This document shows positions 28,632 through 38,045 of a stretch of 64,000 nt of DNA, one piece after another (the stretch's first letter is position 1; every line of letters begins with the position of its first letter). The position numbers were made by a program, and so were the translations under genes. The stretch lies in contig CAJUCZ010000006.1 of the NCBI GenBank assembly GCA_910585375.1, forward strand, positions 1,253 to 65,252, given 5' to 3'. The notes beneath the pieces are model-generated. The model saw only the letters and a list, made by a program, of their open reading frames with translations. It was not told the DNA's origin and searched no databases. Source of the stretch: an uncultured Alphaproteobacteria bacterium (GTDB lineage: Bacteria > Pseudomonadota > Alphaproteobacteria > RF32 > CAG-239).

Positions 28632-30299
28632 ATGAAAAAACTATTATCCGGATTATCCGCTTTATTTTTTGTCTTCGGCAGCCTTTCTCCCGCTGCCGCC
28701 CAGTCTGCGGCCCGAACGCCTTATCCTTCCTTTGCCGACTTGGTTGAAAAACTTTCACCTTCAGTCGTCAACATCTCAACGACCCAAAAACCGGAAAATC
28801 TGGAAGGAGGCGACATCATCAGCCTAAAAAACCTCCCGGAAAATAAACAGGTTGCACCGCTCGGACAAGAACACTATGCTTTAGGCTCGGGCTTTTTACT
28901 TGATGAAGAAGGCTATATCATTACCAACAGCCATGTCATCGACCGCGCCGACAAAATTAACGTCATCTTGTCAGACAATTCCCAACATCAGGCCAAAGTT
29001 ATCGGCACGGATAACAAAACCGATCTGGCGCTGATAAAAATTGATACCGATAAAAAACTCATGCCCGTCAATTTGGGGGATTCTGATAAGATCCGCGTCG
29101 GAGACTGGATACTAGCCATCGGCAACCCGTTCGGCCTTGGCGGCAGCGTTACGGCAGGTATCGTTTCTGCAAAATCCAGAGACATTGAATCCGGCCCCTA
29201 TGATAACTTTATCCAAACAGATGCATCCATCAATCAGGGCAGCTCCGGCGGTCCGATGTTTAATCTGGATGGCGAAGTCATCGGCATCAACGCCGCCATC
29301 TTTTCAACTACCGGCGGCAATATGGGAATCAGCTTCGCCATTCCGGTTAACAATGCCAAATTTGTCATTCGGGAATTAAAAAATTCGGGTAGCGTCAAAC
29401 GGGGCTGGATCGGGGTTCGGGTACAACCGCAATTAACTGAGGCGAACTCTGTCGGCAATATACCGAACGGAATTTTGATTTCTTCCGTAACGGAGGGATC
29501 GCCTGCCGCCGATGCCGGAATTCAAGCCGGAGACATAATTTTGGCACTCAATGAACAGGATATGGACAGCGCCCAGATTTTCTCGCGTTTGGTTTCCGAA
29601 AGTCCGGTAAACGGCAAAATCACTTTAAAACTATGGCACAACGGTCAAATCGAAAACCGCATTGTCAATGTAAAAGAAATGCCGGCAGAAACAGGCAATC
29701 CGGAAACTGCCGTTGTTCCTGAAAATCAACCTCAGACAGACCCCGCAGCGTCTAACGAGGGAAAAGTACAGCCACAAACATCCCTCACGGAACAAAGCCT
29801 TGGACAAATCCTCAATGAGGCAGTAAAACAGCAACCGGAAGACAAATCGGAACAGCAAATGCCGATGGTTGCTCCCCAATCTGCCGCCGCACAGCAGCCT
29901 CCCCTGCCGGAATCCGCTGCCGCCGCTCCGACCCAAAGCGATGACATTGCAGATATTGCGCCGGACATTGCTCCGGCCGATGTCAATGAAAAAGCATCCT
30001 ATACAATCCCCGGCAGCGGAATGATGGTTCGTAACATCACCATTCAGGATATTAATGAAATGGAATTAAAAGCAGATACAATGGGCGTTATCGTTGTATC
30101 AACCATTCCTAACAGTGAAGCTGCCGTCAAAGGGATTCGTCCGGGACTGATCATTACAAAAATCAATAAACGCAATATTTACAATACTGACAGCGCCAAA
30201 AGCGCCGTTTATGAAAAGACCGAGAATGACCAATATACCTTTATGGTTCAGGATGGCGAACACATTAACACTGTCACGCTTAACATGAAGGTCAAATAA
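28632..30299 (+). CDS. htrA: Periplasmic serine endoprotease DegP/HtrA family with an extended inter-PDZ linker
   Basis: Signal peptide. Catalytic triad contexts TNSHVI, TDLALIKI and GSSGGPMF. Two PDZ-like regions are separated by an acidic low-complexity segment of about 100 aa rich in P, Q and A. Confidence 0.9.
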   Translation: MKKLLSGLSALFFVFGSLSPAAAQSAARTPYPSFADLVEKLSPSVVNISTTQKPENLEGGDIISLKNLPENKQVAPLGQEHYALGSGFLLDEEGYIITNSHVIDRADKINVILSDNSQHQAKVIGTDNKTDLALIKIDTDKKLMPVNLGDSDKIRVGDWILAIGNPFGLGGSVTAGIVSAKSRDIESGPYDNFIQTDASINQGSSGGPMFNLDGEVIGINAAIFSTTGGNMGISFAIPVNNAKFVIRELKNSGSVKRGWIGVRVQPQLTEANSVGNIPNGILISSVTEGSPAADAGIQAGDIILALNEQDMDSAQIFSRLVSESPVNGKITLKLWHNGQIENRIVNVKEMPAETGNPETAVVPENQPQTDPAASNEGKVQPQTSLTEQSLGQILNEAVKQQPEDKSEQQMPMVAPQSAAAQQPPLPESAAAAPTQSDDIADIAPDIAPADVNEKASYTIPGSGMMVRNITIQDINEMELKADTMGVIVVSTIPNSEAAVKGIRPGLIITKINKRNIYNTDSAKSAVYEKTENDQYTFMVQDGEHINTVTLNMKVK

Positions 30300-30748
30300 T
30301 GCAGGTCGATTTTTATCATCTCCAAACGCAAACGCTGGAAGACGTTTTGCCCAAACTGCTGGAAAAAGCTTATGCTTCCGGCAAAAAAACCGTTGTAAAA
30401 ATAGGAACGGCAGAACGCGTCGAATTTTTGAACACAAGCCTTTGGACTTATGATGATACTTCCTTCCTGCCGCACGGCAGCAAAAAAGACGGCAATGCCG
30501 AAATGCAGCCTGTCTGGCTGACCTCGGGAGAAGACATTCCTAACGGCGCGGCTTTTCTTTTTTTGGTTGACGGCGCCCAAACAGATGTCAGCAGCCTGAA
30601 CAGCATTGAAAGAATATTCAATATCTTTGACGGCAATTCGCCTGATGCTGTTTCGCGCGCCCGTTTGTTTTGGAAAGAACTCAAAGAACAGAACCATACA
30701 CTATCATATTGGCAGCAGGAAAACGGCCGCTGGATAAAAAAAGCATAA
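30299..30748 (+). CDS. holC: DNA polymerase III chi subunit
   Basis: 149 aa. MQVDFYHL...LPKLLEKAY...VWLT is the typical HolC pattern. The start overlaps the htrA stop by 1 nt. Confidence 0.8.
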   Translation: MQVDFYHLQTQTLEDVLPKLLEKAYASGKKTVVKIGTAERVEFLNTSLWTYDDTSFLPHGSKKDGNAEMQPVWLTSGEDIPNGAAFLFLVDGAQTDVSSLNSIERIFNIFDGNSPDAVSRARLFWKELKEQNHTLSYWQQENGRWIKKA

Positions 30749-30781
30749 AAAAAATCCCGAAGAAAAAACTTCGGGATTTTT
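30747..30781. terminator. Bidirectional rho-independent terminator (holC / galU convergent pair)
   Basis: Stem atcccgaag/cttcgggat (30754-30777), flanked by A- and T-runs. Confidence 0.85.
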
Positions 30782-30792
30782 CAAACAAATAA

Positions 30793-31680
30793 TCAAACCA
30801 GAATATTGTCCAAAACCTGTCGGCAATAAGCCCGTAAATCCGGATTTTTCATCAGGCTCAGCTTAAGGTTTGATTTCGCCAGTTCTTCATTACAACCGCA
30901 GTCAAAACGCATGGCATCACACAATACGCCGGTCAGCTTCATTCCCCGAACCGCCGCCAGCCCCATGGCATCAGCCAGATTAATCTCATTGTTATTGCCT
31001 TTTCTGACTTCCGGCAAAATATCCATAATCTCATTCGGAAGAATATACGGCCCCATGCTGGCATAATTGGAAGGAACATCTTTCAGAGCCGGTTTTTCGA
31101 TTTTCCCTTTTGCATGGACAATCCGCCCGTCACGGACTGCACCGATAAGAGCCCCGTAACGAACCATTTGTTCGCGCGGAAATTCCATAATATTTTCAAC
31201 CATGCCGCCAAATTCTTCATAAACATCCAGCAGCTGTGCCAAAATGCCCTTACCATGCATACTGACATAAACATCGTCCGGCCACATTACGACAAAATCC
31301 CGTTTGCCGACAATCTCTTTTGCCATCAATACGGCATGACCGTTCCCTTTGGGTTCTGACTGCTCGGCAAAAGAAAATTTCATCCCCTCCGGTATAATAT
31401 CTTCAACCACTTTAAGCAAATCAAGTTTGCCTTTCTGACGCAAATGGTTTTCCAGCCACGGATAAGGAGAAAAATGCGTTTCAAACAAATGCCTGCATGA
31501 TTGGTCGCTGTAAATAAACACAACTTCTTTGATGCCTATTTCGGCACAAGCCTCAACGGCATATTGGATAATCGGCTTGCCGTTCAGGGTCAGAAACCCT
31601 TTATGCAACGCTTTCGTCGCCGGCAGATTACGTGTTGACAGACCGGCCACGGGCAAAATACAAACTTCGGGTTTGCGCAT
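30793..31680 (-). CDS. galU: UTP--glucose-1-phosphate uridylyltransferase
   Basis: 295 aa. N-terminal LPVAGLSTRNLPATKALHKGFL resembles the nucleotidyltransferase G-rich loop (PAAGxGTRxLPxTK). KGNGHAV is also present. Confidence 0.8.
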   Translation of the reverse strand: MRKPEVCILPVAGLSTRNLPATKALHKGFLTLNGKPIIQYAVEACAEIGIKEVVFIYSDQSCRHLFETHFSPYPWLENHLRQKGKLDLLKVVEDIIPEGMKFSFAEQSEPKGNGHAVLMAKEIVGKRDFVVMWPDDVYVSMHGKGILAQLLDVYEEFGGMVENIMEFPREQMVRYGALIGAVRDGRIVHAKGKIEKPALKDVPSNYASMGPYILPNEIMDILPEVRKGNNNEINLADAMGLAAVRGMKLTGVLCDAMRFDCGCNEELAKSNLKLSLMKNPDLRAYCRQVLDNILV

Positions 31681-31761
31681 AACTTTCTCCTCATAATAAT
31701 GTTAAATTATATGAGAAAAATATAACACAAAAAAACATTTCGACAAGCCTTATTTGCAGCT

Positions 31762-34700
31762 TTATTTTTTTCGGATAACCCCGCTGGCTTTCGTAATGGT
31801 ACCGCTGGATTTTTTCAAAAAACCACCGTCTTGTTTTTGTGGCATATCTTCAGTTTTTCGATCTTCCCGTACCACCACGTTTTGCACTTTTTTCTTCGTT
31901 GAAAAATCCAAAACCTTAATGTGTTCCTTTTCTTTCAACGCCTCGGCCTTTTCAATATCCTCAATATCCCGTACAACCGTCCGCGTAAGCTTCTTGCCGT
32001 CTTCCTTAACGGAAATTTTTCCGATATTCTCGGCCACTTTCCGCTTAATTTCGGCCTCGCGTTTTGCTTTGTTAAAGCTATCTTCCGCCCCGCCGACTTC
32101 ATCCTCGGTATACTTCATATAAGCTTCGGTGCTTTGTCCGAGTTTTATCAGCTCATCTTCCATTTGCGCCACGGTCTTTGCCATATTTTGCAAATACCCG
32201 TTCAGTTTTACCGGATCATCCGTTGCCTTCATCTTCAGATAATCCTGCGAAACCTTCTCATGACCATCCACAACCTTAACCAGCAGTTCATTCACCTCTT
32301 TCTGAAAAGCAGCAACCTTTTCATCTTTTTCCAGATCATAATCCGTTGTAATCCGGCTTAGCCTTTTGGCCAGCTCGGCATCTTTATCCCGAAAAGCCTG
32401 CCCGTTATTCTGCGCCTGCTGTTGCATCTCCGATGCATGATCATAATGCTGCCCGATCTGATACTTCAAATCCTCCACATGATACTGCAAAACACGAGTC
32501 CGAAAGTTATTTAGCTTGCCAATCACAGCTTCAAGTTTTGTCTTGGCCTGATTAATAACATCTTCATCATACTTCGGTGTCATCGCCAAAGTTGAAACTT
32601 CAGCCATCGCTTTTTTAATATCCTCGCTTTCCGCTTTCATATTTTTATAATTTTCTATAACTTCCGGCTTTTGTGCCTGCTGGGAAAAATTATCGTAATC
32701 CCGACTGATTTTATAAAAATTGCCTTCAAATAACTTCAACATATCCTGCTGCTGCTGCATTTTGTCTTTAAGAGCCTCCATAACGGCCAGCTCCTTGGCA
32801 CGGCGTGCTTCGGCAATTTTATTCTGCTCCGCATCATACAAGTCTGTCAAAGGCTTCAAATTCAGCTCCAAAACCGGATCACTAAGTGAACCGACCCATG
32901 AAAAACCAAAGACCGGCAAAACAGACGGTTCAGTAATTTTAATGTCAAATTTTGAAGTTCCCTCCCAGTCTGACAAACTTCCCGAAGTCTTAAGCCTGAT
33001 TGAAAAATCGGTACCGGCAAAATGTATGTCTTTGCTCTCAAAACTGCCGTTTTTAAAATAAAGCGTACCGTTGACTTTCTTAAACGGCGTTGTCCCGCTC
33101 TCCAAATTCTCCTTAACCAAAACGGCCAACCCTTCCGACAATCTCCGCAGTTGCAAATCTTTAATAATCGGGGCTATCCGCCAACCGCGAAAATGTGTAT
33201 TGACAATTTCAAAACTGGCATCGCCGTTCAAACCGGATAACATTGCGGCTGCCGATTCCGCCGGCGCGTCAACGACAAATTTTCCGCTGATAAGCCCGTC
33301 TTCAAAACCATACTTCTGCCCAACGCCGTCAATATTTTCCAACGCCAAATCCCGCACGGTAAAATCTGCGGCAATAGACGGCGAAGTTGCGGTTGCCATC
33401 TTAATTCCGCCGGAAATCGCGGCATTTTTATAAGCCGCTTGAATTTGGTCAAAATTCAAATTGCCCATATCAAAAACCACTTTGCCCCGTAAATTTTCAA
33501 AATTATTTTTACGATAAATAAACTTGCCGACTTCAAGTATCATATTCAAATCAAAACGATTGTAAAACTCATAATCTATTTTTGCCGCACTGGGCTGAGG
33601 CTTTGCCCACAATGCCGCCTTGGAATTGCCGGTCTTCAAAAAGGCCTGCTGCGGTCCGCCTGCGGACTTAATGTTACTGCCGTAAAAATAGCGCTCAAAC
33701 TCCAGCTGGTTAATCTTCAGACTGCCGACAACTTTTGGCCGCCCCTGAGAATTGTCATAAGAAAGATTCCCCGTAAAAATATCCTGTCCGACAGCCGCCT
33801 TACCAGAGCGGATATTCAAATGATTTTTTCCGAACTCAATCTGGCTTTCCAAAGAAAAAACTCCCAGAGAATACACATTCGGCTTATAATTGATACCCCA
33901 GTCATTGAGCATCTGCACAAAATCAGGATTCTTCAGATTAACCTGTCCGCTAAACAACTTTTGTTCGTTGCTCCTGTCAACAGTGCCGTTAACCGCACCT
34001 TCGGTTTTTTCCAGTTTAAAACCGTTTTGCAGCAAAAACTGCTCCAGATTCCCGCTAAGCACGCCTTTTGCAGAAAAATTTTTCATAACTTCAGGATTAA
34101 GGCCGGAAATAGAAAGCTCCAGCTTATTCAGCGGAGAAGCAAGATTTTGAGTTGAAAAATCAAAATTAACGCCGTCAAAAGCCAGCGTTTGGCCGCCAAA
34201 ACCGCTGAACTTTCCGTTCAAACTCAACTTTGAATTCAGCATGCTGCCGATATCAAGGCTGTCCACATTCAAAACGCCGCCAATCAAATCACCGTTAAAC
34301 TGTACGGCCTCAAGAGGCACTCCGCCGTAAATCAACAATCCGGCTTTGCTCATAAAACGAATCTCAGAATCATTATAAGCCGCCAACTTGTCCATAAGAT
34401 ATTTCAATTTCTTATCCGGCGCGGCAGCAGCAATTTCCGTCGGTAACGGCGCCAGATAATTATCCAGACTGATGCTGTCTGTCTCCAAAATTGCAAAAAT
34501 CTGTTTTTTACCGTCTTTCAGCGCACCGCCCAAACTGCCTTTAATCACGCTGTTGTCAAAAGAAACTTCCATCGGTGAAATCTTGAGTTGGGAACTGTTA
34601 CCTGCAATTTTAGCCTGAGCAGAGAATTTCTTATAGGTTGACGCAGCCCTGACTTCCGGCTTAAAGCCAAGCCAGTTTAACGTCATATCCAAATTTTCCG

Positions 34701-35994
34701 TCACCGTATTAACATCAAAACGATAGGTCAAAATCTTTTCCTTATCCGGAAAAATCTCACCTTTTGTCTGCAGGGCTGTCTCCCCCGGCAAAATCATGTT
34801 AAAACGGTTGATATGAACTTTTTCGGGAACAATATCAAAGCTCAAATCCAGATTTTTGATATTCTGCTGCCGGTACTTTCCTTTAACGGCTTTAATATCG
34901 GCAATCACATCCCAAACAAAATCCGGCTCAAATTTCTCCCCCTTAAAATACTTGCCGCCATAATCCCGTGCAAAAGCTTCGGCCAAATCCAAATCAACAT
35001 CCGTCATATTGAAGGCCATTTCCACCTTTTGTCGCTCTTCTTTGTCTTTCTGCGCCCAGTCAGTCACCTCCTGCGGCCGCGGAATAATAATATTTCCGGC
35101 TGCCGCTGTCTGACCGTATTTCATAACAAGATCGCTGAACTCCAGTCTGGTTTTATCCAGCGTAACCGCTGTCGAAACCGATAACGGCAAATCATATTTC
35201 TTGTCCAGTTTAAAGCCTTTGCTGTTGGCGTTAAGATACTCCGCCAACTTTTGCGTATCAAAAATCAAGCTGCCTTTCAAGCTCTCGTTTTTGAACAAAA
35301 CCGACCCGTCAAAACGATAAATCGTCCCAAGTTGCGGATTATTAAATACAAAGTTCAGCGTTGTGTTAAAATCGTCCGACAAACGCCCCATCTCAAGAGA
35401 AAACCCCTCCGGCATGCTGTTCTTGACAAAGCTGCCGTCAATTTTATAAGGCCCGAACAATGTCTGGGCAATCACCTCGGCATTCAGGTCGGTAAATTTC
35501 CAGTCAATATCCCTGAGCTTGTCAATATAATCAATCTCGGCGTTTTCCAGCGTCACGCTTTCCAGCGTTACCGGCGTATCCTGCAAATCCTGCTTTTGCT
35601 GCGGTGTAAGGTCGGATTTCCAGTTTTTTGTACCGTCTTCAAAAACCTCAATCCGCAGAACCGGATTCGTCACCGACATCCGCGTTACCTTAAACTCGCC
35701 TTTAATAAACGGAACCAGATCAAGGCGCGCCGACATTTTGGCCGCACTCGCCAAAGGCTCCGTAATTTTTTTGTCCTGGCTGAAAACCTTAATATCCTCC
35801 ACCAGCAGCTTCGGAGACGGAAATATAGATAACGACAACGGCCCGTTAATCACGATGTTCTTTCCGGTTTTCTGAGATATTTCGGCCGCAATACGGTTCT
35901 TGTGCTCGTTCCAGTCAATTGAGGTAATGTAAAAAAAACCTCCGGCAATCACCAGCAGCAAAACACCTGTACCGATCAGCCACCATTTTCTCAC
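31762..35994 (-). CDS. AsmA-family outer-membrane biogenesis protein with a long C-terminal coiled-coil extension
   Basis: 1410 aa. N-terminal anchor WWLIGTGVLLLVIAGGFFYI, then IDWNEHKNRIAAEISQKTGKNIVINGPLSLSIFPSPKL, typical of AsmA. The last 400 aa or so are charged, heptad-like sequence. Confidence 0.75.
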   Translation of the reverse strand: MRKWWLIGTGVLLLVIAGGFFYITSIDWNEHKNRIAAEISQKTGKNIVINGPLSLSIFPSPKLLVEDIKVFSQDKKITEPLASAAKMSARLDLVPFIKGEFKVTRMSVTNPVLRIEVFEDGTKNWKSDLTPQQKQDLQDTPVTLESVTLENAEIDYIDKLRDIDWKFTDLNAEVIAQTLFGPYKIDGSFVKNSMPEGFSLEMGRLSDDFNTTLNFVFNNPQLGTIYRFDGSVLFKNESLKGSLIFDTQKLAEYLNANSKGFKLDKKYDLPLSVSTAVTLDKTRLEFSDLVMKYGQTAAAGNIIIPRPQEVTDWAQKDKEERQKVEMAFNMTDVDLDLAEAFARDYGGKYFKGEKFEPDFVWDVIADIKAVKGKYRQQNIKNLDLSFDIVPEKVHINRFNMILPGETALQTKGEIFPDKEKILTYRFDVNTVTENLDMTLNWLGFKPEVRAASTYKKFSAQAKIAGNSSQLKISPMEVSFDNSVIKGSLGGALKDGKKQIFAILETDSISLDNYLAPLPTEIAAAAPDKKLKYLMDKLAAYNDSEIRFMSKAGLLIYGGVPLEAVQFNGDLIGGVLNVDSLDIGSMLNSKLSLNGKFSGFGGQTLAFDGVNFDFSTQNLASPLNKLELSISGLNPEVMKNFSAKGVLSGNLEQFLLQNGFKLEKTEGAVNGTVDRSNEQKLFSGQVNLKNPDFVQMLNDWGINYKPNVYSLGVFSLESQIEFGKNHLNIRSGKAAVGQDIFTGNLSYDNSQGRPKVVGSLKINQLEFERYFYGSNIKSAGGPQQAFLKTGNSKAALWAKPQPSAAKIDYEFYNRFDLNMILEVGKFIYRKNNFENLRGKVVFDMGNLNFDQIQAAYKNAAISGGIKMATATSPSIAADFTVRDLALENIDGVGQKYGFEDGLISGKFVVDAPAESAAAMLSGLNGDASFEIVNTHFRGWRIAPIIKDLQLRRLSEGLAVLVKENLESGTTPFKKVNGTLYFKNGSFESKDIHFAGTDFSIRLKTSGSLSDWEGTSKFDIKITEPSVLPVFGFSWVGSLSDPVLELNLKPLTDLYDAEQNKIAEARRAKELAVMEALKDKMQQQQDMLKLFEGNFYKISRDYDNFSQQAQKPEVIENYKNMKAESEDIKKAMAEVSTLAMTPKYDEDVINQAKTKLEAVIGKLNNFRTRVLQYHVEDLKYQIGQHYDHASEMQQQAQNNGQAFRDKDAELAKRLSRITTDYDLEKDEKVAAFQKEVNELLVKVVDGHEKVSQDYLKMKATDDPVKLNGYLQNMAKTVAQMEDELIKLGQSTEAYMKYTEDEVGGAEDSFNKAKREAEIKRKVAENIGKISVKEDGKKLTRTVVRDIEDIEKAEALKEKEHIKVLDFSTKKKVQNVVVREDRKTEDMPQKQDGGFLKKSSGTITKASGVIRKK

Positions 35995-36097
35995 GTCCGT
36001 TTTCTCCTTTTAAAGCACAAAAATCTTTCTGATAAGACAATTTTAATTATCTTATTTTAACATGCAAGTATTAATAAAACTTTTAAGGCCGAGTAAG

Positions 36098-36499
36098 ATG
36101 ACACAAACAAAAGAACTCTTTGCCGCGGCATACAACATCCGCCGGCACGCCTATGCGCCCTATTCAAACTTTGCCGTCGGCGCTGCCGTCCTCGGCAACA
36201 ACGGAAAAATTTATACCGGAACCAATGTTGAAAACATCTCTTACCCATGCGGAACCTGTGCCGAACAGGCCGCCATTGCCGAAATGATCGGCAACGGATG
36301 TCGCGAAATTGCCGAAATCCTGATTATTGCCGATACTGCTGAACCGATAACCCCCTGCGGCGCCTGTCTGCAACGCATAAAAGAATTTGCCGGAACGCAA
36401 ACTATTGTTCATCTGGCTAACCTGAACGGTATAATAAAAAGCCTGAACTTTAACGACTTTCTGCCGTTAGCATTTAACAATCGGGAGGTACAAAAATGA
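36098..36499 (+). CDS. cdd: Cytidine deaminase
   Basis: AYAPYSNFAVGAAV, the zinc motifs CAEQAAI and PCGACLQ. Start taken at the internal ATG 36098; the track ORF starts at 36062. Confidence 0.9.
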   Translation: MTQTKELFAAAYNIRRHAYAPYSNFAVGAAVLGNNGKIYTGTNVENISYPCGTCAEQAAIAEMIGNGCREIAEILIIADTAEPITPCGACLQRIKEFAGTQTIVHLANLNGIIKSLNFNDFLPLAFNNREVQK

Positions 36500-37305
36500 T
36501 AAAAGACATTGCTGCACAAATCCGCCAAAAAATTTCCGGACACACCCCGCAAACAGCCATTATTCTTGGCAGCGGGCTGGGCAGCCTCGGTGATGCCGTC
36601 TGCAATCCGGTATATTTGGAATACAAAGACATTGCCGGCTTTCCGCAAAGTACTGTCAGCGGCCATCAGGGGCGTCTGATTGCCGGCTGCTTGGAAGGCA
36701 CGGAAGTTTTGTGCCTGCAGGGACGCTTTCACTTATATGAAGGACACCGGCCGCAGGTCATTAATACCGTTGTCAAAACATTGCAGGAACTCGGCATCCA
36801 ACGGCTGATTGTGACCAATGCCGCCGGTTCGCTGACACCTGATTTCCAACCCGGAACAATAATGCTGATAAAAGATCATATCAACCTGAGCGGAACCAAT
36901 CCGCTGATCGGCCCGAACGATGACAGTTACGGCCCGCGTTTTCCAGATATGAGCAACGCCTATACCGCCGCGCTGCGTGCTACAATGAAGAAAATCGCCC
37001 AAGAACAAAAAATCCCGTTAGCCGAAGGCGTATATATGATGGTAACCGGCCCCAATTTTGAAACCGCCGCCGAAATTCGTGCCTTTCGCATCCTCGGTGC
37101 TGACGCAATCGGAATGTCTACCGTGCCGGAAGTCATCTGTGCCGCCCATTCCGGCATGGAAGTTCTGGGGCTGTCCGTCTTAACCAATATGGGCACCGGA
37201 TTACGGACCGGCAGTCAGAGCCATGCCGAAACGCTGGCTCAGGGAGAAAAGGCTTCCGCTGACCTGCAAAAACTGGTCAAAGCCTTTTTAAAACAGGAGA
37301 AATAA
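36496..37305 (+). CDS. punA: Purine nucleoside phosphorylase (trimeric PunA/XapA type)
   Basis: ILGSGLG, GHQGRLIAGCLEG..VLCLQGRFHLYEG, GPRFPDMS, GPNFETAAE, VGMSTVPE. Confidence 0.9.
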   Translation: MIKDIAAQIRQKISGHTPQTAIILGSGLGSLGDAVCNPVYLEYKDIAGFPQSTVSGHQGRLIAGCLEGTEVLCLQGRFHLYEGHRPQVINTVVKTLQELGIQRLIVTNAAGSLTPDFQPGTIMLIKDHINLSGTNPLIGPNDDSYGPRFPDMSNAYTAALRATMKKIAQEQKIPLAEGVYMMVTGPNFETAAEIRAFRILGADAIGMSTVPEVICAAHSGMEVLGLSVLTNMGTGLRTGSQSHAETLAQGEKASADLQKLVKAFLKQEK

Positions 37306-37306
37306 C

Positions 37307-38044
37307 ATGGATGACGTAACCGCTGCCGAAACCTTAATCTCGTGTCTGGATCTGACCTCGCTCAACGACACGGACACCTCAGAAAACATTATTGACCTTT
37401 GCCGCAAAGCCCAAACGCCTTACGGCAATGTCGCCGCCGTCTGCGTTTATCCGCAGTTTGTCGGCATGGCCAAAGAACACCTGCGTCATACCGACATCAA
37501 AGTCGCAACCGTCATCAATTTTCCTGACGGCAGCCTGGATGCGGAAAGAACTCAAAGCGCCATAACCACCGCCGTTGTCAAAGGCGCCGACGAAATTGAC
37601 CTTGTTTTTCCGTACAAACAGTTTTTGGAAGGCCAAAAAAACGAATGCGGCCTTTTCATCAAACAAATCAAGGAACACCTTGGTAAAAAAATACTTCTCA
37701 AAGTAATTCTTGAAACCGGCGAACTGATACATGCCGTCACTATCGCTGAAGCCGCAAAACTGTGTATTCAAAACGGTGCCGACTTCATAAAAACCTCTAC
37801 CGGCAAAACCAAAATCTCTGCCACGCCCGAAGCCGCCAATATCATCTTGGAAACCATTGCTTCGGGCCGCAAAAACGCCGGCTTTAAAGCCAGCGGTGGC
37901 ATCAAAACCATTGACGATGCAAAAAAATATCTGGTACTGGCCGTCGCCGTCATGGGTGGCAAATGGGTTACCCCAAAGAATTTTCGCATCGGCGCCAGCT
38001 CGCTGCTGGATAATTTAATTGAAGTCATTAATCGGGGATATTAA
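37307..38044 (+). CDS. deoC: Deoxyribose-phosphate aldolase
   Basis: 245 aa. Schiff-base lysine context FIKTSTGK. Lies within a cdd-pnp-deoC-deoA string. Confidence 0.9.
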   Translation: MDDVTAAETLISCLDLTSLNDTDTSENIIDLCRKAQTPYGNVAAVCVYPQFVGMAKEHLRHTDIKVATVINFPDGSLDAERTQSAITTAVVKGADEIDLVFPYKQFLEGQKNECGLFIKQIKEHLGKKILLKVILETGELIHAVTIAEAAKLCIQNGADFIKTSTGKTKISATPEAANIILETIASGRKNAGFKASGGIKTIDDAKKYLVLAVAVMGGKWVTPKNFRIGASSLLDNLIEVINRGY

Positions 38045-38045
38045 A

